Virus record (IMG/VR): IMGVR_UViG_3300018878_005350
Strand: one strand, 5' to 3'
From: a virus
Length of the DNA stretch: 24,775 nt
Made by a program: the position numbers and the translations under genes. Under the pieces are notes generated by a model. The model saw nothing but the letters and a program-made list of their open reading frames with translations, did not search any database and was not told the origin of the DNA. Each line of letters starts with the position of its first letter. Position 1 is the stretch's first letter. Of the stretch, positions 18,243 to 24,775 are shown one piece after another.

Positions 18243-19191
18243 TTATGAATTTGATTTTAATAAATTTCTATAATTAATCACACAGTTCATGACTCCCATA
18301 ATATTAGTTTTTCCGATTTTATATAAATGCATTTTTCTTTTTAGTTTTCTTCTTACTTCTCTATATCTTGCATATTTGCCAAATCGATTTCTACCTAAAA
18401 ATATAAAATTGTTTGTACTTTTAAAAATTCGTGTTTTTTTGTTTAATTCTAATTTTTCTCGTTTTAAAAATTCTTCAATTTCTTTTAAGCAATATTTCAA
18501 ATACTCTTTAGATTGATGCAACAATACAAAATCATCTTGATATCGAACGTAATATTTAATTTTTAATTTTTCTTTTATAAAATGATCTAAATCATTTAAA
18601 TAAAATAAGGCAAATACTTGTGAGGTCATTTTTCCGAATTCCCATCCCTTTATCTTCATGATCAATTATTGTGTTTACGATTTTTAAAGCATCTTTGTCT
18701 TTTATCTTTTTGGCTATTTTTTGTTTTAAAATTTCTTTGTCCATACTATGAAAATATTTTTTGATATCACATTTCAAAATATAATATGTGCCATATTTAA
18801 TTTTACATTTTTGACAATATTTTTTAAAATATCTTAGTCCTGCTTCTGTTCCTTTATATTTTCTACTTGCTACATTCGTTTCTATTAATCCTGGAAGAAT
18901 CGCAGGATACAATATGAATCTACTTACTAAGTGATTTATTAATTTGTCTTCCATTGTTTGACTTTCTATGATTCTTTCTTTTGGTTCATAAATTGTAAAT
19001 ACATACGGTTTACCAGGAACGTAGCTTTTGTTTGTTAAAATTGTATATACTTTAAAAATATTGGCACATTTGGATTCTTTATATCTTTCTACTTTGTTTT
19101 TATTTCTTGTATTTCTACATATTTCATTAAAGACGGCCATAATATTTTCTATCTTATAAGTATCTTTGTATAAGTCTTTTTTTCTTTTCAT
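18243..19191 (-). CDS. DGR-type reverse transcriptase, disrupted by a +1 frame change at 18634-18636
   Basis: ORF 18592-19191 has FTIYEPKERIIESQTMEDKLINHLV and YYILKCDIKKYFHSMDKEIL; ORF 18243-18665 has GKMTSQVFALFYLNDLDHFI and YYVRYQDDFVLL, then LNKKTRIF...NFIFLG. Skipping C of CGG gives KGMGIGKMTSQ, about 315 aa. Confidence 0.9.
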
Positions 19192-19552
19192 TTTTATCCA
19201 TTTTTCTTTTTATCTACTCTTATTACTACTATTTGCTTCTGTGATTAAAGATAACAAGGAATGTAATTTTTTATATAAAAGCTATATTATTTTGTTATTT
19301 TTACATTCCATTACTTTGCCATCTTAAAATAGAGATAAAACACTGTAAGTCCCTTTCATCAAATAATTTTAATTTCTCAAAATAAATTTGATTACTAACA
19401 ACCGCATTTTTCTATTTTAATTTTTACTAAATATATTTTATAAAATTTATAAGTTATCAGTTTTACGCTATATAGCATTTATATTTTTTCAAAGTTATTC
19501 TTTATAAAAATTATATTTAGTAACGGATATCAGTCTGTTTCTAAAGATTCAC

Positions 19553-19575
19553 CTATGTTGCCTTGGCAAACATAG
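19553..19575 (-). ncRNA. Hairpin just downstream of the TR, possible structural element of the TR RNA
   Basis: Minus strand CTATGTTtGCCAAGGCAACATAG; near-perfect inverted repeat 17 nt past the TR 3' end. Confidence 0.45.
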
Positions 19576-19592
19576 CCACATTTTTTTAGAAG

Positions 19593-19698
19593 CTACGGGA
19601 CGCACCCCATACTCCACGCTGCTGTTGTTGTTGTTCACGTTACCGTTGTTGTTCACATTCCACAGATTGCTGGTGTTGTTCGCTGAAGCGAGCCTTTA
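19593..19698 (-). repeat. DGR template repeat (TR)
   Basis: 106 bp aligned without gaps to 20693-20798; 93/106 identical, all 13 differences at TR adenines. AAC/AAT-rich: ...AACAACACCAGCAATCTGTGGAATGTGAACAACAACGGTAACGTGAACAACAACAACAGC... Confidence 0.96.
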
Positions 19699-19736
19699 CA
19701 ACCGTACCCTTATATGTAATAACCATAATTGGTTTA

Positions 19737-20123
19737 TTACCCGTGTTTTGCTTTTTCTATTCTTTCTCTTTCTGCCTTTGTTTTATTTGACCAACCAACA
19801 AAATACTTCATTAAATTTTCTAACTTTTCGCCAAATCTTAAATATCTTTTATTATTTATAATTTGTTTGTCGTAACATTGATTAATTAAAAAATCGATAA
19901 ATTTAATTTTGGCTATGCATTTTTCTTGTAAGTCTATTTTTTTATTAATATCGCTTGTTTGATTTGCCTCATAAGAATACAACAATATTTCATACGCATT
20001 ATTTTTTAAGTTTTGTTTTAGTTCCATTTCTTTATTTGGAAAATTTACAATTTGTTTTTCTATGGATTTTATTAATTCTTTGGCAAGTTCAATCAAGTGA
20101 AACTTTGTACTAGTTTGTATCAA
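19737..20123 (-). CDS. avd: Avd-like accessory variability determinant (small helical protein)
   Basis: 128 aa, all-helical character, highly basic, FIDFLINQCYDKQIINNKRYLRFGEKLENLMKYFVGW; located between target/MSL and TR/RT as in known DGRs; TTG start with GAGG upstream. Confidence 0.75.
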   Translation of the reverse strand: MIQTSTKFHLIELAKELIKSIEKQIVNFPNKEMELKQNLKNNAYEILLYSYEANQTSDINKKIDLQEKCIAKIKFIDFLINQCYDKQIINNKRYLRFGEKLENLMKYFVGWSNKTKAERERIEKAKHG

Positions 20124-20544
20124 TACAATCCTCTACTTTTTGAATGATAGTTTTGATGTTTGGTTGTTCTATGTTTTCAATTAAGTAATCGTATACGGCG
20201 TTAATTCTTTTTTTAAGATTAATATTTCTATAAGCTTTTTCGTATATTTCTAAATATCGATTGTTTACATTAAATTCTTTTTTAGCTTCTTCATCATAGT
20301 TTTGTGATTTGATTAAAACCAGATAATCTATTTTTTTATCTTCTAAAACTTTAAGAACTTTATTTAATCCCGAAACTGGCATTCCACATGTGTTATATCC
20401 TTTTCCTACATTTTTAATTTGATAATTAAATAGATATGACATGATGTAAGCATCTTTGCCATAAGCATGATAAAAAGTTCCTATTCTTATTAATATGATT
20501 GAATTCTTATGTACTTCTTTTAAATTTCTTATCATATTTTCCAT
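20110..20544 (-). CDS. MutS domain I-like small accessory protein (MSL-type DGR accessory)
   Basis: KEVHKNSIILIRIGTFYHAYGKDAYIMSYLFNYQIK...NTCGMPVSGLNKVLKVLEDKKIDYLVL resembles the MutS N-terminal mismatch-recognition domain. ORF opens at 20643, but the start at 20544 has GGAGG upstream. Confidence 0.7.
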   Translation of the reverse strand: MENMIRNLKEVHKNSIILIRIGTFYHAYGKDAYIMSYLFNYQIKNVGKGYNTCGMPVSGLNKVLKVLEDKKIDYLVLIKSQNYDEEAKKEFNVNNRYLEIYEKAYRNINLKKRINAVYDYLIENIEQPNIKTIIQKVEDCIDTN

Positions 20545-20570
20545 TTGCAATAATTCCTCCAATTCATTTT

Positions 20571-20602
20571 CCACAAGCAGCCCCTCTCGTGACTGCTCGT
20601 GG
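20571..20602 (-). promoter_or_regulatory. Inverted repeat between target stop codon and MSL start
   Basis: Minus strand CCACGAGCAG-tcacgagagggg-CTGCTTGTGG; 10-bp stem with one G-U pair; no T-tract. Confidence 0.5.
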
Positions 20603-20618
20603 ATTCGCCGCTTTCTAA

Positions 20619-21998
20619 TTATTCGCTTATTTCCATACTCCATCTACCGGCGCTATCTTTCTCATGTGTTCTGATTCCAGACTTTAGAGAGACTACGGGA
20701 CGCACCCCATACTCCACGCTGCTGAGGTAGTCGTACACGCCACCGTAGTTGTTCACACTCCACAGAAAGCTGGTGTTGTTCGCTGAAGCGAGCCAGTAGT
20801 TGACATCTATCTTCCATAGCTGTTCATACTTCGGATTAGCCAAGTCCATTATCGTTCCACTCTGCATCGTTGCCAACCCAGTTGCTCTTAAAATATCTTC
20901 ATTTTTCATAGCTCTTACTTTCGGAGTCGTTCCATTCATCAATGTAAACTTATTGGTAAATGCCTCTGTTAATGTAGAATATTGTCTAAGTCCATTTTTT
21001 ATAAATTTTTGTTGAACGGTTATATCATCAAACTCAATTTCTAAAAAATTATTTAATAATTGTTCAACCGATGTACTTGTAGCTCCTCCATGATAGTAAG
21101 ACATTGGAGTTCCTGCACTAACGATATTAATTGTTCCTATTGATTCATTGCCATCTAAATCTACATCCTTACTTAATACTCTCCAGCCTCTCTTAGAAGT
21201 AACACTTGAACCTATATATACATTTTCATAATCTAATGGATACGCTACGTAATCTCCAATTTCCACTTTATCAATTAATAAAGGTAAATCTGCTATGTTA
21301 TTTGTCCAAACAGCATACAAATCTATTACTTTATCACTACCTTTAAAAGATGTTGCTGAAATAATATCTCCTTGTTCATAACTTGCGCTTGTTGCTGTAC
21401 TGCTTGTTGCCCAACCCAAGAAATAATATCCTTCTCTCTTTGGTACCTGGTTTGTTACAATATATGCCATTCCATGTATGCCAGTAGCTTGTAACATAAC
21501 ATCATCTTCGCTTTCACCAGTATTTGTATGGTAATTGATGGTATATTCCACATCTGCACCTTCATAAATTAATGTTGTATTTCCAGTTGGATCTCTAAAA
21601 ATGGCATAGATTGTATTGGTAGCTGTTAAATCTGTAATCGTAAATGTTTTGGTTAATCCAATTTGATAATAATCCCATAATTCATCCGCTAATTCTTGGG
21701 TATTATCTATTGGTGTATCGCTTATGTAATATTCGATTTCAGATGCTGCACAAGTATCATCATAAGCGTAAATTTCTACCTCTACTTCTGTTTCTGATAC
21801 ATAGTTAACACCATTACTTTCTGTTGCTCCCACAATAGATAATCTTACCCATGGTGGAGTTACATCTACTGGTGTAGCCGTTGTAGCTTTTGATATTGTG
21901 CTAAAAGCTAAAACAATTGAAAATATTGTTATCATTGTTAGTAGACTAACTAATTTTGTTAAATTCACTTTTTTCAAATTTGCTATTTGATTCATCAT
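20619..21998 (-). CDS. Secreted DGR target protein with InlB-like repeat and C-terminal lectin-like/DUF6273-like variable domain
   Basis: 459 aa; RBS GAAAGGAGT; signal-like VSLLTMITIFSIVLAFSTISKA; YTINYHTNTGESEDD...YYFLGWATSS...KVIDLYAVW resembles a Listeria-Bacteroides repeat; VR encodes YWLASANNTSFLWSVNNYGGVYDYLSSVEYGVRPVV. Confidence 0.9.
   Translation of the reverse strand: MMNQIANLKKVNLTKLVSLLTMITIFSIVLAFSTISKATTATPVDVTPPWVRLSIVGATESNGVNYVSETEVEVEIYAYDDTCAASEIEYYISDTPIDNTQELADELWDYYQIGLTKTFTITDLTATNTIYAIFRDPTGNTTLIYEGADVEYTINYHTNTGESEDDVMLQATGIHGMAYIVTNQVPKREGYYFLGWATSSTATSASYEQGDIISATSFKGSDKVIDLYAVWTNNIADLPLLIDKVEIGDYVAYPLDYENVYIGSSVTSKRGWRVLSKDVDLDGNESIGTINIVSAGTPMSYYHGGATSTSVEQLLNNFLEIEFDDITVQQKFIKNGLRQYSTLTEAFTNKFTLMNGTTPKVRAMKNEDILRATGLATMQSGTIMDLANPKYEQLWKIDVNYWLASANNTSFLWSVNNYGGVYDYLSSVEYGVRPVVSLKSGIRTHEKDSAGRWSMEISE
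20693..20798 (-). repeat. DGR variable repeat (VR) inside the target gene
   Basis: Ungapped match to TR 19593-19698 with 13 A-to-N changes; codon outcomes AAT->TTT, AAT->AGT, AAC->TAC, AAC->GGC, AAC->TAC, AAC->GAC, AAC->TAC, AAC->CTC, plus two at the 5' end (TAAAGG->TACTGG). Confidence 0.96.
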
Positions 21999-22012
21999 TT
22001 TACTCCTTTCTT

Positions 22013-22537
22013 TTATTTAACAATAGAAAACTCAAAATCTTTTGCCATTGTTATGTCCTTTAAAACTTGTGTTATAAATCTTTCTTCTTCCTTTGCAGCT
22101 AATTTACTTACTAAACCACTAAAAATTGCTATTATTTCACCATTTTCACCAACTGCTGTTATTTCAATTACTTTTGATTCTGAAAATTCCGTTGTTGTAT
22201 TTTTTACATCTGCTATAAATTCAACTTTTGTATTGTTTTTCTTATTTAATGTAATATTACTTATCTCTAAATTTTCTACTCGTTTCATTAAATCCATTTT
22301 TATTTCTGTTTTATTTAAATTTTTATTTATACTTGTTGAATTATCCATATTCACTTCATTTTCAAGATTAATCTCATTTACTTCGCCACTTATATTATCT
22401 TTGTTTGTTATATCTTCTTTTTGATTATTATCTTTTACTTTCATAACAAAAATACTAAAACCAACTAAAGTAACTAACAATACTAACAATATAACTATCC
22501 ATTTTTTTGTCTTATTTAAAATGTTTTTTTCTTTCAT
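22013..22537 (-). CDS. Membrane-anchored FxLYD-like protein, paralog of 33-545
   Basis: TM segment WIVILLVLLVTLVGFSIFVM; C-terminal VENLEISNITLNKKNNTKVEFIADVKN...SESKVIEITAVGENGEIIAIFSGLVSKLAA parallels 33-545; start at 22537 preceded by AGGTGG. Confidence 0.7.
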   Translation of the reverse strand: MKEKNILNKTKKWIVILLVLLVTLVGFSIFVMKVKDNNQKEDITNKDNISGEVNEINLENEVNMDNSTSINKNLNKTEIKMDLMKRVENLEISNITLNKKNNTKVEFIADVKNTTTEFSESKVIEITAVGENGEIIAIFSGLVSKLAAKEEERFITQVLKDITMAKDFEFSIVK

Positions 22538-22678
22538 TCCAACCACCTCACGCGATTCTTACTTAATACTTCATTCATTTTTTCAGAAACGCAAAAAGTG
22601 CCACAAAAAAATTTGTGACACGCCAAAAAAGAGTCTATGACCCGCAATATTAACCTCTTTATTTAATACTAAGGAATT

Positions 22679-22714
<36 letters not shown>

Positions 22715-23071
22715 AGCCCCAAGGGTTTCAAGACTCTTCATTTTTTCATCTCCTATCTCTATAAATAATTATCTTACAATACAATTGAGCTCCACCCCCA
22801 ATTGCAATTTCACTTATTCGCATTGTAACTTTTATTTTTTTATTTGTCTACTCTCTTAAATTCCTCCAAAATTTTTTATTCGATGAAAACTTTCAAAATC
22901 TACTTACGGATATTCCTTTCACTTTTTTTCGACTCCAAAAATCCTTGGCTTTATTAAATTTAAATTTCTTTTTTGTTACAAGTAAATTACATTTATACCT
23001 GTTTTTTATTTTTTCTACCTATTGCTCTAAAACCTACGGAAATACATAAAAAAATATAATCAAATCAAAAT

Positions 23072-23108
23072 ATCGCGATTTTATCGCGATAAATATCGAT
23101 TTGTGGAT
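23072..23108 (+). repeat. 37-bp direct repeat, copy 1
   Basis: atcgcgattttatcgcgataaatatcgatttgtggat, identical to 24552-24588. Confidence 0.95.
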
Positions 23109-23188
23109 ATTTTTGTATTTCCATCACTTTTTATAATCCTTTTATACCTCTAATCTATTCCTAAATTATGAAAATTGTAATTCTTATT

Positions 23189-24496
23189 TTATAAATTACT
23201 ATTGTTTAATATGTATCTTATTGCTCTTGCATTTCCAACTGTTTTTATCTTATTTTTTGCTAGTAATGAATTCAAAATTTTTAGTGCTGGGAAACTAGAA
23301 CATTCTAATATTTTTTCTACATCTCTTCGTGTAATTTCTTTTTTCTCTTCAAATAACGTTAAAACTCTATTTTCTAATAAATTATCACCTATTTGTGTCA
23401 TATTGCTTTTAAATTCTTTAATTTTAGGTAATACCGTTATAAAAGATGTTGTAGCTAACAAAAATTCTGGTTGTACTTTTCCTTGATAACTTTCTAAAAT
23501 TCTTTGAATCCCTGTTCCATAACTTTCAATTAATTTTAATCGATAAAAAATATTAGCTAGAACCATATTCCTTGTTTGTGATACACCACGCATAATATCT
23601 TCTCTTGTAATTCCTTTTACTAATCCTCCAATTGATACAAATTCTATTCTATCTGAAAATATATTGATTATTGTACTTCCTGAGTAATTATAATCTCTGT
23701 GTACAATTGTATTTAACAAAGCTTCACGTAAAGCGTATTCAGGATAGTCATAACTTTCTATACGTTCTAATCCAACAAAATCTGCATGAACATTATTTTG
23801 CAAACTGATATATTCATATGCATCTTCTAATTGCTTTAAAATAGAGCCAAAAAACTCCTTACGTGTTTTAAAATTAAGTTTTCCCGTACCTTCAAAAACG
23901 GCGCATTTGATGCTATGTTCACATTGTTCTGATAATAGTAACGCAACATTTGTGTAAAATCCATCAGAATCTATCAATCCTAACGTTCTTTTATTTTCAT
24001 CTTGAAAAGATATATTTCGATTAGCAAAATAATTTTCCGCATAATGAAAACTCAATTCTTGATTAAGTGATCTGGCTTTATCATACGTTAAACCATCACT
24101 TTGACGAATCATATCTCGAATCATTTCTTCGCTTGCAGGAACAGATGTTATCCCATGACGTACATATACTCCACTTGGTTTTAGCCCCTTATCTGTTAAA
24201 TGATATGGTGGTCTTCCACCACGAAAAACATTCACATGAATTAATGATTTGCCTTCAATATTAACTATTTCAACTGAAGTAAATGGAACTAAATCTGGAT
24301 GAATTCCGTCATGTATCATACTACTAATTCGTTCCATCTCTTTCTCTGCATCTTCTACTCCGACTATTATTCCTGCTTTTGTTACACCAACATAAATTTC
24401 TCCACCATCTGTATTTGCAAACGCAATGATTTCTTTTTTAAAATCCGCATTTATTATTTCTTTTAATTCTATACGACTACTTTCAACAAACTTCAT
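23189..24496 (-). CDS. AlbA_2/Schlafen-like putative ATP-binding or DNA-binding transcriptional regulator
   Basis: E-K-ELKEIIN...KEIIAFANTDGGEIYVGV typical AlbA_2 N-terminus; ALREALLNTIVHRDYNYSG and GLVKGIT..RNMVLANIFYRLKLIESYGTGI typical of the HATPase_c_4 part; winged-helix-like C-terminus. Confidence 0.85.
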   Translation of the reverse strand: MKFVESSRIELKEIINADFKKEIIAFANTDGGEIYVGVTKAGIIVGVEDAEKEMERISSMIHDGIHPDLVPFTSVEIVNIEGKSLIHVNVFRGGRPPYHLTDKGLKPSGVYVRHGITSVPASEEMIRDMIRQSDGLTYDKARSLNQELSFHYAENYFANRNISFQDENKRTLGLIDSDGFYTNVALLLSEQCEHSIKCAVFEGTGKLNFKTRKEFFGSILKQLEDAYEYISLQNNVHADFVGLERIESYDYPEYALREALLNTIVHRDYNYSGSTIINIFSDRIEFVSIGGLVKGITREDIMRGVSQTRNMVLANIFYRLKLIESYGTGIQRILESYQGKVQPEFLLATTSFITVLPKIKEFKSNMTQIGDNLLENRVLTLFEEKKEITRRDVEKILECSSFPALKILNSLLAKNKIKTVGNARAIRYILNNSNL

Positions 24497-24538
24497 AACC
24501 ACACCTCCTAAACTCTTTTTCTTATTTTACCACAAACT

Positions 24539-24560
24539 AATCGCGATTGCAATCGCGATT
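24539..24560. promoter_or_regulatory. 22-nt perfect palindrome, candidate operator upstream of the AlbA_2-like gene
   Basis: AATCGCGATTGCAATCGCGATT is its own reverse complement. Confidence 0.6.
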
Positions 24561-24588
24561 TTATCGCGATAAATATCGATTTGTGGAT
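24552..24588 (+). repeat. 37-bp direct repeat, copy 2
   Basis: Identical to 23072-23108. Confidence 0.95.
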
Positions 24589-24652
24589 TTTTTTAGAAAT
24601 TATTGTAATTGGAGGCATCTGATTGGATACTCTAGATAAAAACTTCAAAAAA

Positions 24653-24775
24653 TAATCGAGTAGAGGCTAACTTTTAATAAGTTTCGCTCCTCTCACACCA
24701 CCGTACGTGCCGTTCGGCATACGGCGGTTCAATTTATATTTCAATATGAACTTTTTGATACTGGTCTAGTAGAAA
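24653..24775 (-). mobile_element. Probable 3' end of a group II intron, truncated by the window edge
   Basis: Minus strand ...GAACCGCCGTATGCCGAACGGCACGTACGGTGGTGTGAGAGG...TAGCCTCTACTCGATT resembles the domain V/VI region of bacterial group II introns; hairpin at 24697-24728. Confidence 0.6.

Noticed and set aside
18243-19191. RT as a group II intron maturase or retron RT
   Set aside because: No maturase/En domain or intron RNA around it, and no msr/msd-like pair found. Adjacent TR/VR pair with adenine-specific differences and Avd-like gene identify it as a DGR RT.
19625-19861. 78-aa plus-strand ORF overlapping the TR and avd
   Set aside because: Antisense to the TR and Avd gene; composition is an artefact of those sequences.
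20545-20643. Upstream extension of the MutS-like ORF overlapping the target gene 3' end
   Set aside because: A GGAGG precedes the internal ATG at 20544; the extension carries the hairpin and an in-frame CGG, and lacks family-like sequence.
22560-22620. gtgccacaaaaaaatttgtgacac inverted repeat upstream of the 22537 start as a terminator or attenuator
   Set aside because: Short AT-rich stem without a proper U-tract; insufficient support on its own.

Overview
AT-rich accessory region, almost entirely minus-strand coding. (1) The centrepiece is a diversity-generating retroelement (DGR) at about 18.2-22.0 kb. It contains a secreted target protein with an internal variable repeat (VR 20693-20798), a small MutS domain I-like protein, an Avd-like protein, a template repeat (TR 19593-19698, offset exactly 1100 bp) and a DGR-type reverse transcriptase. 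All 13 TR/VR differences fall on template adenines in the coding sense. (2) The RT, and an unrelated AAA/DUF4143 ATPase at 2.86-4.10 kb, are each split by a +1 frame change. In both, the 0-frame codon at the break is CGG, and skipping its C restores the family motif through a GGA Gly codon. I found no other in-frame CGG in the supported CDSs by manual scan. Either CGG is poorly decoded or unassigned and frameshift-prone here, or this is a systematic sequencing artefact. (3) Two giant BspA-like leucine-rich-repeat surface proteins share C-terminal modules; the second starts right behind the RT. (4) A small hydrophobic ORF at 13952-14134 (+), with a terminator and a convergent near-consensus minus promoter, looks like a type I toxin-antitoxin. 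(5) Also present: two FxLYD-like lipoprotein or membrane-anchored paralogs, each preceded by a (TG)n tract; a recurring AATTGCAATT hairpin family; an AlbA_2/Schlafen-like gene flanked by identical 37-bp repeats; and a probable group II intron 3' end at the right edge. No tRNA, rRNA or CRISPR array was recognised. Family names come from reading translated sequence, not from database searches.
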